From positions 198,774,001-198,838,000 of the forward strand of contig NC_086100.1 of NCBI RefSeq assembly GCF_963921235.1: a stretch of 64,000 nt of DNA. Reading direction: 5' to 3'. The notes below the pieces were generated by a model. It saw only the letters and a list, made by a program, of their open reading frames with translations. It was not told the origin of the DNA and searched no databases. This document shows positions 12,860 through 24,354 of the stretch, piece after piece; positions within the stretch are counted from its first letter, which is position 1; each line of letters begins with the position of its first letter. This DNA is from Mobula hypostoma (Eukaryota). A program made the translations under genes and the position numbers.

Positions 12860-13152
12860 GGCAGCACTGTAGTGTAGTGGCTAGTGTAACACTTTATAGC
12901 ACCAGTGATAGGGGTTCGATAACTGCCGTAGTCTGTAAGAAGTTTGTACGTTCTCCCTGTGGCAGCGTGGGTTCCTTCTCAGTGGTCTGGTTTCCTCCCA
13001 TATTCCAAAGATGTACAGGTTAGGGTTAGTAAGTTATGGGCATACAATGTTTGCACCAGAGGTTTGGCAACACCCATGGGCTTCCCCAGTACATCCTCAG
13101 ACTGCATTAGGTCAGACCTCATCACTGTAAGTTTCAATATACATGTGACTAC
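12860..13152 (+). mobile_element. tRNA-derived SINE (V-SINE/HE1-like)
   Basis: A-box-like TAGTGTAGTGG and B-box-like GGTTCGATAAC, then a central gagtttgtacgttctccc...ggtttcctccca..ttccaaaga core. Related copies at about 29380-29690(-), 31255-31510(+), 43990-44180(-), 57030-57250(-) and 61030-61270(-). Confidence 0.65.
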
Positions 13153-13159
13153 AACGCAG

Positions 13160-13655
13160 AGTCCTGAGAGAGGTTGCTGAAGAGATAACGGATGCATTGG
13201 TTATGATCTTTCAAGAATCACTTGATTCTGGCCAGGTCCCGGAGGACTGGAAGATGGCAAGTGTCACTCCACTCTTTAAAAAGGGAGGAAGGCAAAAGAA
13301 AGGAAATTATAGGCCAGTTAGTCTAACCTCAGTGGTTGGGAAAGTATTGAAGTCTATTTGAGGATGAAGTTTTGAGGTACTTGGAGATAAATGATAAAGT
13401 AAATCAAAGTCAGCATGGTTACTGTGAAGGGATATCTTGCCTGACAAATCTGTTAGAGTTCTTTGAGAAAGTCACAAGCAGGGTGGACAAAGAAGAGGCT
13501 GTGGATATCATTTACTTGGATTTTCAGAAGGCGTTTGATAAGGTGCCATACATGAGGATGATTAACAAGATAAAATCCTATGGTGTTACAGGAAAGATAC
13601 GGGCATGGATAGTGAATGGCTGACAGGCAGGAGGCAGCGAATGGGAATAAAAGGG
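13160..13655 (+). mobile_element. CR1 LINE RT fragment
   Basis: SQHG..SCLTNLLEFFE.VT..VD....VDIIYLDFQKAFDKVP. Confidence 0.8.
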
Positions 13656-13815
13656 CAAACACGAGGAATTCTGCAGATGCTGGAAATTCAAGCAACACAC
13701 ATCAAAGTTGCTGGTGAACGCAGCAGGCCAGGCAGCATCTCTAGGAAGAGGTACAGTCGACATTTCAGGCTGAGACCCTTCGTCAGGACTAACTGAAGGA
13801 AGAGCTAGTAAGACT
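13656..13815 (-). mobile_element. Penelope-derived terminal fragment with hammerhead motif (13755-13790, minus strand)
   Basis: Reverse complement reads AGTCCTGACGAAGGGTCTCAGCCTGAAATGTCGACT, flanked by the same terminal sequence as the other copies. Confidence 0.7.
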
Positions 13816-13819
13816 CAGC

Positions 13820-14575
13820 CAAGTTTCAGTAACGGCTTCAACATCATAGCTCCACGTACCGATCCATGCTCTAAGTTCATCACCCATTATACTCCCAGCA
13901 TGAAAATAAACAAACTATCCGACCATCATACCTGCTATTTCAACTTTGCCTTTCAATACTTTCCCTGACCTTTTGGTCTGATCCTTCCCTTACTGACCTG
14001 GGGCTCCGGTTCACAGCCCCCTGAAAAACTAGTTCTCACTCTCCTGAGTAACATCAGCAAACCTCGCGGCCAAGATATAGTTTCCCTCCAGTTCAGGTGC
14101 AACACCTCCCCTTTATACAGGTCACCCCTTTCCCCAGAAAAGTTTCCAATGATCCAAGATCTTGAAACCCTGCCCCTGGCACCACCTCCACCTACATTCA
14201 TCTGTTCTATCACCCCATTCCTACCTAGACTAACCGGTGTCACCGGGAGTAATCCAGAGATTACTACCTTGTAGGCCTATCTCTTCAGCCTCTTTTCTAA
14301 CTCTATATACTCACTACTTAGGCCCTCTTCCCCTTTTCTCCCTGTGTCACTGGTGCCAATATGCACCACGACCTCTGGCTGTTCCCCCTCCCTCGAGAAT
14401 ACCAAGCAGTCACTCTGATATATCATAGTCCCAGCACCCGGGAGGCAACACACCTTCCTGGTGTCTCTTTTCTGGCCACAGAATCTCCTTTCGGTCCCCC
14501 TAACTACTGAGCCCCATACACCTACTGCACGGCCTGACTTGGCCCTTCCCTGTCGTGTCTCAGTGCCAGCAGCAT
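13820..14575 (-). mobile_element. CR1 LINE ORF1 (esterase-like) to endonuclease-start fragment
   Basis: ORF 14277..14582 GSVVRGTERRFCG..RDTRKVCCLPGA...QPEVVVHIGT.D; ORF 13953..14243 DLYK..LHLNWR. Confidence 0.7.
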
Positions 14576-15955
14576 GCAGCAATCAACGTTTCAGGCTGAG
14601 ACCCACCCGCAGGGCTGGAAGGAAAGGGTGAAGATGCCAGAATAAGAACGTGGGGGGGAGGACGGAGGTCAAACCAGCGAGAAAGTGATAGATGAAGCCA
14701 AATGGGTGGGGTGAGCTGGGTGGTGGGGGACAAGTATTACCCTACGACTATCAGGTTCCTGAACCACCACCGACAACAGCACTCACCATGACTCTGAACT
14801 GGTTGGACAGTCGATGGACTCACTTTCAAGTGTGCTCAGTATTAGTTATTTACCTACTTGCTTATTTGTTCCTTTTGTATTTGCAGTTTGTCTCCTTTTG
14901 CACGGCAGCTGTTTGTCAGTCTTTGTGTGTAGTTTGTCATTGATTCTGTTGTATTTCTTTATTCTACTGCAAAGGTCTGTAAGAAAATGAATCTCAAGGT
15001 GGTACAGGGTGACACTGGTTTCTTAAGGTTGTTGTAGCCGCGGGGGTGTTAATGAGGGTTAAGCTCCCACTACCTATTAAATGCTCCCAATGGCGTGCGT
15101 CTCAACTAGCTCCTGATAACCAAGTTCAGCTCCTGATCTTCACGTGTGGCTTAGCTACCAAGCCCGGCATAACCATTTCTACTGACAGGAAACAACAGGA
15201 ATTCTGCAGGTGCTGGAAATTCAAGCAACACACATAAAAGTTGCTGGTGAACGCAGCAGGCCAGGTAGCATCTTTAGGAAGAGGTGCAGTCGACGTTTCA
15301 GGCCAAGACCCTCGTCAGGACTAACTGAAGGAAGAGTGAGTAAGGGATTTGAAAGTTGGAGGGAGAGGGGGAGATCCAAAATGATAGGAGAAGACAGGAG
15401 GGGGAGGGATATAGGCAAGTGCTGGACAGGTGATTGGCAAAAGGGGATACGAGAGGATCATGGGACAGGAGGTCCAGGAAGAAAGACTGGGGGGGGGGAC
15501 CCAGAGGATGGGCAAGGGGTATATTCAGAGGGACAGAGGGAGAAAAAGGAGAGTGAGAGAAAGAAAGTGTGCATAAAAATAAGTAACAGATGGGGTATGA
15601 GGGGGAGGTGGGGCCTTAGCAGAAGTTAGAGAAGTCGATGTTCATGCCATCAGGTTGGAGGCTACCCAGATGGAATATAAGGTGTTGTTCCTCCAACCTG
15701 AGTGTGGCTTCATCTTTACAGTAGAGGAGGCCGTGGATAGGCGTGTCAGAATGGGAATGGGATGTGGAATTAAAATGTGTGGCCACTGGGAGATCCTGCT
15801 TTCTCTGGCGGACAGAGCGTAGGTGTTCAGCAAAACGGTCTCCCAGTCTGCGTCGGGTCTCGCCAATATATAAAAGGCCACATCGGGAGCACCGGACGCA
15901 GTATATCCCCCTCCCCCTCCAACTTTCAAATCCCTTACTCACTCTTCCTTCAGTT

Positions 15956-15991
15956 AGTCCTGACGAAGGGTCTCGGCCTGAAACGTCGACT
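15956..15991 (+). ncRNA. Minimal type I hammerhead ribozyme motif
   Basis: AGTCCTGACGAAGGGTCTCGGCCTGAAACGTCGACT, identical to the copies at 7405, 16713 and 22743. Confidence 0.7.
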
Positions 15992-16712
15992 GCACCTCTT
16001 CCTAGAGATGCTGCCTGGCCTGCTGCGTTCACCAGCAACTTTTATGTGTGTTGCTTGAATTTCCAGCATCTGCAGAGTTCCTGTTGTTTGTGTTTTTAAA
16101 TACGGTGCTCCCAATGTGATGGGGTGATATACTGCGTCCGGTGCTCCCGATCTGGCCTTTTATATATTGGCGAGACCCGACGCAGACTGGGAGACCACTT
16201 TGCTGAACACCTACGCTCTGTCCACCAGAGAAAGCAGGATCTCCCAGTGGCCACACATTTTAATTCCACATCCCATTCCCATTCTGACGTGTCTACCCAC
16301 GGCCTCCTCTACTGTAAAGATGAAGCCACACTCAGGTTGGAGGAACAACACCTTATATTCCGTCTGGGTAGCCTCCAACCTGATGGCATGAACATTGACT
16401 TCTCTAACTTCCGCTAATGCCCCACCTCCCCCTCATACCCCATCTGTTACTTATTTTTATGCACACATTCTTTCTCTCACTCTCCTTTTTCTCCCTCTGT
16501 CCCTCTGAATATACCCCTTGCCCATCCTCTGGGTCAACCCCCCCCCTTGTCTTTCTTCCCGGACCTCCTGTCCCATGATCCTCTGATATCCCTTTTGCCT
16601 GTCACCTGTCCAGCTCTTGGCTCCATCCCTCCCCCTCCTGTCTTCTCCTACCATTTCGGATCTCCCCCTCCCCCTCCAGCTTTCAAATCTTTTACTCACT
16701 CTTCCTTCAGTT

Positions 16713-16748
16713 AGTCCTGACGAAGGGTCTCGGCCTGAAACGTCGACT
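16713..16748 (+). ncRNA. Minimal type I hammerhead ribozyme motif downstream of the GIY-YIG ORF (element sense strand)
   Basis: Same 36-mer. Predicted cleavage after the C of GUC at 16744. Lies about 300 nt 3' of the GIY-YIG stop, where a PLE pseudo-LTR is expected. Confidence 0.72.
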
Positions 16749-17540
16749 GTACCTCTCCCTAGGGATGCTGCCTGGGGCAACTTTGATGTGTCTACTGACA
16801 GGAGAAGGGTGTAAAGGTGGGCTACTGGTGCCTTAAAACCCAATTGCTTCGAGCAGCTGGGGCTCATCAGCCAGGGTTGGCAGCTCATCAAGGAGAAGGA
16901 AAACTTTGATCTCAAACTTCCACTGCCTTGCAGCTACACCCACTCCTGGGGAAGGCTTCAGGAGCAAACCCCAGGGGAAAAATCCGGAACTGGAGACCCT
17001 AAGGCAGTCCTACATTGAGTTCAATGCTGACTGGTAACTCCTGTGACACTGCTAGTACCAAACTAAGTCTCTGCCGTTCCTTTGTTTCATCAGATGCTCG
17101 GAGAGAGGAAGCTCACTACATGGGCAACAGCTTGCTCTCCGTATTGTTCTGCCCAGGCGAGGATGCAGCTCTGACTGACAGAGGCCTCAGGCCAGCAGCG
17201 TAGAGTGACACATATGTACATTGAACGGTGCCCGTCCCGAACCTCGAGATAGCTTCTGCCTTCTCTTTTTAACTTACTGAGTTGGTAGGGGTTTCGTGTT
17301 GGCCTGAGTTTTGCGGGGAATTGTCAGTGTATCCCTGTGCAACTGTGGATAAAGGGTTACTGCAACTTGTGTTGGGATTTCTTAGTCGGATGAGGCTAAA
17401 GATGTGGAGTTATTCACCTTTTTAAGCCTTTTATTTTTCAAATGGTTCATAGCATTTTTAAAGTGCGAGGTGCATGTTTCTGTAAGGCAGTATAGTATTA
17501 CTGACACTATTATAATAAAACAAGCAGTCGTATGAATATG

Positions 17541-18182
17541 TGTAATGCCCTGGCTCACATCTTCACTGTTACACTGTGGGTATTTCATTTAGCCGCTCTG
17601 TAAGAGCTGTCTGTTCTGCTTTCAGCCTGTTTGGGTTATTGTTGAAGATACCAATGATGAGGAATGTGTGCCATCAGGATGCTGGAACTGGGGGGAGATT
17701 TTTTGGCGAGGGACACTTAAGTTTGGTCTTGGGTCTTTTGTTTGGTGGGAAATGAAGAGAGAAGACGCTGGGGAGAACCACTCGTAGGATTCAACGACTC
17801 GTTTGCTCGAGATGGATTGCGAGCGACGTTCAGAAGATGGTATGTGCTTTCACCCAGTCTGAGAGCCCAGTGCGTGAGTGATAGGGAAGTTCAAGATGAG
17901 CTCCAACTTATGCACATTTGACTGTTGAATTATGATGGGCCTGTTTTGTTTTTCTTTCTTTTCTTTACTAACTCTGTAGTTAAGCAAGTGCACAAATGTA
18001 ATTGCTTTAGTGGTATGCAGTGTGCTGTCTGTTATTTCCTGGCACTGAGCTGTAACAGGGTAGCAAATGACACTGGGGTTTGGGGACGGGAGAGCCGGCT
18101 CAACCTCACGGGTTTGGTGGGACCGGAGTGTGTCTTCCCTAGACTTACGCAGCCAAGGAAACCAGCAGGGGGGGTTCATATG
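17541..18182 (+). mobile_element. Possible solo LTR
   Basis: Begins TGTAATGCCC and ends GGGGGTTCA(TA), resembling LTR termini, with unique non-LINE sequence between. No TSD confirmed. Confidence 0.35.
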
Positions 18183-19109
18183 TGCAACAGCAGCAATAAA
18201 AGATACAACAGTGACCAGTACAGGATGAGAGTGTCAGTGAGATGGGGAGTTGGGGTTAGATGACAGTGCAGTCAGACAGGGTGTATATGTGTGTGCTGAG
18301 CGGCAGCAGGGCATTAAGAAGTCTAACAGCCTGGGGAAGAAGCTGCACCCAGCCTGACAGTTCTGGGTCTCATGCTGCGGAGCCTACTGCCTCAAAGAAA
18401 CTGTGGGATATATGGGAGGCTGGACAATGCTAGGGGCACTGTATATGCAGTGTATCTGACATATGCCCTGAATGGTGGCTGTCATTCTCGTGATTCAAGC
18501 TGGGTATGAATTTTTAAACACCTCTTGTAACAAAAAACATGCCTTAGGGAGTACTCTGAAGTTATCTGAATATAGCAAATATTAATTCAAATGAGAACCA
18601 GTCTTCAATTCTTAAAATATTCCAAGCGGTACACTGAAGTTGAAAGCTCCCCTTTTCAGATAACCAATGCTGTCTCTGAGGGATATGGTCTGCAAAGTGG
18701 TGATCATGAGATGCTTGTATATACAGTAGCCAAACGTTAAGACATTGACCTGCATCAATCCAAGCAACCATGGGTTTCGTCTGGCCCTCTGTCGTCAGAA
18801 GCTTTTAGAATATCTGTGTTAATTATTTTCTCCCAACAAAGGTGTTTGAAACTTCAGAGGAGTCTTATCAATTGCTCCGAGCTTCCACTATGTACCTCAC
18901 TTGTCAACCCAAAGTAAACAATGTCATTGTAATATTCATACTGTGTTGAATTGCCTGTTGTTAATGTAGATATAAAGATGTGATGTACTTTAGGGTCTGT
19001 GAGCCTTTAAGGAGAGTGTCACCAGAACGATGCCTGCTTGCTGTGCTGAATAAAAACTTCTATATCACCAGCTTCAGTGTCTCTCTGGCCTCCAATCACA
19101 GTTACAACA

Positions 19110-21110
19110 TTTCTAGCAATAAGTGGTAAAGATAAAGACAGGAGGTAAAAGGTAGAACACAGCGGGTAAAGATAACAAGTGTAGGAACCTTGGTTTTCCA
19201 GAGACATCGAGGCCCTGGTTAAGAGAAGAAAAAGAAGATGCATATGTGGTATAGGCAGGTAGGAACAAATGAGGTACTTATGGAGTAGAAGAGATGCCAG
19301 AGAACACTTAAGAAAGAAATCAGGAGGGCTACTCTAGCAGACAAGGTGAAGGAGAATCCTAAGGGATTCTTCAGGTATGTTGAGAGTGAAATGATTACGA
19401 GGGACAAAACTGGTCCTCTGGAAGACCAGAATGGTAACCAATGTGAAGGAGCCAACACAGATGGGGGAGATCTTAAATAATTTTTTTTGCTTCTGTATTT
19501 ACTCAGGAGATGGACACAGAGTCTATAGAAGCAAGGCAAAGTGGCATCGACTTCATGGACCCTATACAGAGGAGGAGGTGTTTGCTGTCTTGAGGCAAAT
19601 TAGAGTGGATAAATCCCCAGTGCCTGACAAGGGGTTTCACACAAGGGGAGGTAAGAGCAGTAATTGCAGGGGTCCTGCAAGAGATATTTAAAACATCCTT
19701 AGTGACAGGAGAGGTACCAGAGGATTGGAGGATAGCCACTGTTGTTCCACTGCTTAAGAAATTCTCTAAACATAAACCAGGCAATTATAGTCGGTGAGTC
19801 CGACATCAGTTGTGGGAAAGTTATTGGAAGGTATTCTAAGGGACCAGATGCATAATTATTTGGACAGACATGGACTGATTAAGGATAGTCAGCATGGATT
19901 TGTGCTTGGTAGGTCATGTCTAACCATCTTTACAGACAATTTCAAGGAAGTTACCAGGAACTTTGATGAGGCCAAGGCAGTGGATGTTGTCTACATTAAC
20001 TTTAGCGAGGCATTTTACAAGGTCCCACATGGGATGTTGGTCAAGAAGGTTCAGTTGCTTGGCATTCAAGATGAGGCAGTAAATTAGATTAGATATTGGC
20101 TTTGTGGGAGAAGCCAGAGAGTGGTAGTAGATGGTTGCCTCTCTGACTGGAGGCCTGTGACTAGTGGTTTGCTGCAGGGATCGGTGCTGGGTCCATTGTT
20201 GTTTGTCATCGATATCAATGAACTGGCTGAGAATGTGGTTAACTGGCTCAGCAAATTTGCAGATGACACCAAGATTAGGGGTGTAGCGGAGGAGGGATAT
20301 CGTGGCTTGCCGCAGGATCTGGACCAGTTGGAAAAAGGGTCCGAAAGATGGCAGGTGGAATTTAATGCAGACAAGTGCAAGGTGTTGTACTTCTGTAGGA
20401 CCAGCCAGGGTAGTTCTTACACAGTGAACAGTGCGGCAGTGAGGAGTGTAGCAGAACGAAGGGATCAGGGAATACAGGTCCATAATTCATTGAAGGTGGC
20501 ATCACAGGTAGACAGGGTCGTAAAGGAAGCTTTGGCACATCGGCCTTCATAAATCAAAGTATTGAGTACAGGAGATGGGATTTTATGTTGAAGTTATATA
20601 AGAAATTGATGAGGCCTAATGTGGAGGATGGTGTGCAGTTCTGGTCTACCTGCAGGAAAGATGTAACTAATGTTGAAGGAATGCAGAGAAAATTCACCAG
20701 GCTACTGTGAGTCTGGAGGACTTGAGCTATAAGGGAAGATTGAATAGGTTAGAACTTCATTCCTTGGAACATAGATGATTGAGAGGAGAATTGATAGCAG
20801 TATACAAAATTATGAGGGGTATAGATAGGGTAAATGCAAACAGTCTTTTCCCACTGAGGGTGGGTGAGACTATGACAGAGAAAATGGGTTAAGGGTGAAA
20901 GGTGAAAAGTTTAAGGGGAGCATGAGGCGAAACTTCTTCACTCAGAGGGTGGTGAGAGTGTGGAATGAGCTGCCATTTAAGAGAAGTTTGGATAGGTACA
21001 TGGCACATTGGATAGTAGGGACGTGGAGGGCTATGGCCGCAGTGCAGGTCGTTGGGAGTAGGCAGTCCAAATGGTTTCGCATGGACTAGATGGGCCAAAA
21101 CTGTGCTGTA
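19110..21110 (+). mobile_element. CR1 LINE, 5'-truncated and decayed
   Basis: ORFs 19794..20087 (SQHGFV.GRSCLT..VDVVYI.F..AF.KVPH) and 20121..20552 (QGSVLGPLLF..IN.L..SKFADDTK); FFTQRVV near the 3' end. Confidence 0.85.
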
Positions 21111-21546
21111 CAAGGCTGATACAGGCTTATCAATGCTCTGAATCATGTGTTGGCACTGATCGATACCGAGGCTGATACAAGTTTCTTGGTGTTCTGAATT
21201 CTGTGCTTCTCTGGGGCATTCTTTCCCCTCATCTAATAGTTATCTAAAGTCGTCCTTGTTAGAGTTTTCATCTTACAGCAGGAAGGAATGGGGAATATAT
21301 ACACACATTCTTTCTCTCTCTCTCCTTTTTCTCCCTCTGTCCCTCTGACTATACCCCTTGCCCATCCTCTGGGTTTTCCCCCCCTCCCCCTTTTCCTTCT
21401 CCCTGGGCCTCCTGTCCCATGTTCCTCTGATATCCCTTTTGCCAATCACCTGTCCAGCTCTTGGCTCCATCCCTCCCCCTCCTGTCTTCTCCTATCATTT
21501 TGGATCTCCCCCTCCCCCTCCCACTTTCAAATCTCTTACTGACTCT

Positions 21547-22731
21547 TAGAAACATAGAAACATAGAAAATAGGTGCAGGAGTAGGCCATTTGGCCCTTTG
21601 AGCCTGCACCGCCATTTATTATGATCATGGCTGATCATCCAACTCAGAACCCCGCCCCAGCCTTCCGTCCATACCCCCTGACCCCCGTAGCCACAAGGGC
21701 CATATCTAACTCCCTCTTAAATATAGCCAATGAACTGGCTTCAACTGTTTCCTGTGGCAGAGAATTCCACAGATTCACCACTCTCTGTGTGAAGAAGTTT
21801 TTCCTAATCTCGGTCCTAAAAGGCTTCCCCTCTATCCTCAAACTGTGGCCCCTCGTTCTGGACTTCCCCAACATCGGGAACAATCTTCCTGCATCTAGCC
21901 TGTCCAATCCCTTTAGGATTTTATACGTTTCAATCAGATCCCCCCTCAATCTTCTAAATTCCAACGAGTACAAGCCCAGTTCATCCAGTCTTTCTTCATA
22001 TGAAAGTCCTGCCATCCCAGGAATCAATCTGGTGAACCTTCTTTGTACTCCCTCTATGGCAAAGATGTCTTTCCTCAGATTAGGGGACCAAAACTGCACA
22101 CAATACTCCAGGTGTGGTCTCACCAAGGCCTTGTACAACTGCAGTAGTACCCCCCTGCTCCTGTACTCGAATCCTCTCGCTATAAATGCCAGCATACCAT
22201 TCGCCTTTTTCACCACCTGCTGTACCTGCATACCCACTTTCAATGACTGGTGTATAATGACACCCAGGTCTCGTTGCACCTCCCCTTTTCCTAATCAGCC
22301 ACCATTCAGATAATAATCTGTTTTCCTATTTTTGCCACCAAAGTGGATAACTTCACATTTATCCACATTAAATTGCATCTGCCATGAATTTGCCCACTCA
22401 CCCAACCTATCCAAGTCACCCTGCATCCTCTTAGCATCCTCCTCACAGCTAATACTGCCACCCAGCTTCGTGTCATCCGCAAACTTGGAGATGCTGCATT
22501 CAATTCCCTCATCCAAGTCATTAATATATATTGTAAACAACTGGGGTCCCAGCACTGAGCCTTACGGTACCCCACTAGTCACCGCCTGCCATTCTGAAAA
22601 GATCCCGTTTATTCCCACTCTTTGCTTCCTGTCTGCTAACCAATTCTCCATCCACACCAATACCTTACCCCCAATACCGTGTGCTTTAAGTTTGCACACT
22701 AATCTCCTGTGTGGGACCTTGTCAAAAGCCT
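21547..22731 (-). mobile_element. Young CR1 LINE 3' portion (RT), with (TTCTATGT)n tail
   Basis: ORFs 22562..22825, 22295..22555 and 21644..22279 share one frame and are separated only by single stop codons: AFDKVPH, LGPQLFTIYINDL, KFADDTK, RPHLEYCVQFW. Confidence 0.9.
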
Positions 22732-22742
22732 CTCTTTCAGTT

Positions 22743-22778
22743 AGTCCTGACGAAGGGTCTCGGCCTGAAACGTCGACT
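22743..22778 (+). ncRNA. Minimal type I hammerhead ribozyme motif
   Basis: Same 36-mer, inside the PLE-derived element 21296-22842. Confidence 0.7.
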
Positions 22779-23120
22779 GTATCTTTTCCTAGAGATGCTG
22801 CCTGGCCTGCTGTGTTCACCAGCAACTTTGATGTGTGTTGCTAGGAATGGGGAAGTGTTCCTGATATTATGACAGACTATGATGATGTGCACTAAACATG
22901 GTTAAAAAGAGGAGGGCTATGTTATAGGGAAGGGTTAAATTGATCTTGGAGTAGGTTAGCACAACACTGTGTGTTGAAGGGCCTGTACTATGCTGTAATG
23001 TACTTTGAAATTGCTGTCTGTCCCCACAGAAGCCCCCAGTCTTGCCCTCTCTCTGTTCCTATCAGGCTGGTTAAGGAGGGGCTGGGCTGGAGTGCGGAAG
23101 AATTAATTAATGGCACACTG

Positions 23121-23274
23121 ACACGAGGAAATCTGCAGATCCTGGAAATTCAAGCAACACACGCAAAAAAAAATTGCTGGTGAACGCAGCAGGCCAGGCA
23201 GCATCTATAGGAAGAGGTACAGTCGACGGTTCGGGCCGAGACCCTTCGTCAGGACTTCACCAGCACTGTGTGTG
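23121..23274 (-). mobile_element. Short PLE-derived element with 14-bp TSD and a mutated hammerhead (23221-23256)
   Basis: TTAATGGCACACTG at 23107-23120 and 23275-23288. The minus strand reads AGTCCTGACGAAGGGTCTCGGCCCGAACCGTCGACT (GAAA changed to GAAC). Confidence 0.78.
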
Positions 23275-24354
23275 TTAATGGCACACTGTCCAACTTTTGA
23301 GGTTTGTTTTTAATCCAGTTCCAAGGAGCCACACCTTCGGATGAGGGCTTACTTTCTGAGACAGAGGTAGAGCTGCCAGACTAATACTATACAGAATCAG
23401 TTCTCACTAACTCACAGGGAGCAACGTGAGCTCCTGCCAGTTCAACCAACACATTCCGTTCTGTGGAGGGGAATGGACACGACTATCCATATTCCCCTTC
23501 TTAGTCAGTGCCTCAGGACGGAGGGTGCCTTTTTTCCACAGAATGATGGAACGGTCGGAGATGGAAGCGTGTGATTTATTCAGTGTGAAACTGCAAGGTC
23601 TTGGTGCAAAGGCAGTCTCTCACACACACAAACTGACACCCATAGTCTCACAGACAGAAACACACACACACACAGAGGGTGATGAGTATATGGAACAAAA
23701 TGCCAGAGGTGTGCCTACGTTTACAACATTTCAGCTTGGACAGGTACATAGATTGGAAGGGTTTTGAGGGATATAGGACAAACACAGGCACGTGGGACTA
23801 GCTTGGTCAACATGGCCCAGTTGGGCTGAAGGGTCTGTTCCTGTACCGTGTGACTCTGTGACTCCAAGGTCTCACCACGAACACTGACAAACCGTAGTGC
23901 ACACAATCTCTTCCCCAGCGTCTGTCCTTCACCCCTTCCCCCATCCTTCCTCAAGCCTTTCGTACCCCAACCCCTCCTATCCCCTCTACCTCCCATGTCC
24001 TCTTTGATCCTCACCAATTTTTACCGATGCACCATGGAAAGCATCCTATCTGGATGCATCTTGGCTTGGTATGGCAACTGCTCTGTCCGTGACAGTAAGA
24101 AACTTTAGAGACTTGTGGGCACAGCTGAGCACATCACAGAAACCAGCCTCTCGTCCATGGACTCTGTCAACACTTCTTGCTGTTTCAATAAAGCAGCCAA
24201 CACAACCAACATAAACCCCCGCTGACCCCAGACATTCTCTCTTCTCCCTTCTCCCACCTGAACAGCCTGAAAGCACATCCCACCAGACTCAAGGACAGAC
24301 AATATACTTTGCAAAATTTTCAATGTGGGCAGTATCCAAGACAATGTTTTTACT

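Larger units (their letters stand above)
15191..16790. mobile_element. Penelope-like retroelement (PLE) composite: two GIY-YIG 3' ends in inverted orientation, three hammerhead-bearing termini, 13-bp TSD
   Basis: GIY-YIG endonuclease IYCVRCSR.GLLYIGETRRRLGD.FAEHLRSV...VATHFN...RLEEQHLIF.LGSLQPDGMN at 16124..16417(+) and 15616..15906(-). TCTACTGACAGGA at 15178-15190 and 16791-16803. Confidence 0.85.
15020..17170 (+). mobile_element. Older interspersed element (possibly an RTE-type 5' region) split by the PLE insertion
   Basis: Removing 15191-16790 and one TSD copy joins the two flanks. Contains aaggagaaggaaaact and aaacccc motifs reminiscent of RTE 5' UTRs. No ORF support. Confidence 0.3.
21296..22842 (+). 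mobile_element. PLE-derived non-autonomous element with 12-bp TSD, containing a nested young CR1
   Basis: AGGAATGGGGAA at 21284-21295 and 22843-22854. Segments 21296-21547 and 22732-22842 match the PLE 3' region at 16460-16790. Confidence 0.8.

Noticed and set aside
12860..12930. tRNA gene
   Set aside because: A- and B-box-like motifs are present, but there is no complete cloverleaf and it continues into a SINE body.
15050..16810. Possible HDV-like ribozyme in the RTE-like host element (CTCCTG/CAGGAG as P2, TTCACGT as L3, CTGA as J4/2)
   Set aside because: I could not build convincing P3, P1 and P1.1 pairings from this copy, and the PLE insertion interrupts it. It would need a family consensus and a descriptor search.
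18944..19109. TGTTG...CAACA-bounded segment with AATAAA, possible short solo LTR
   Set aside because: Very short and no matching TSD, so support is insufficient.
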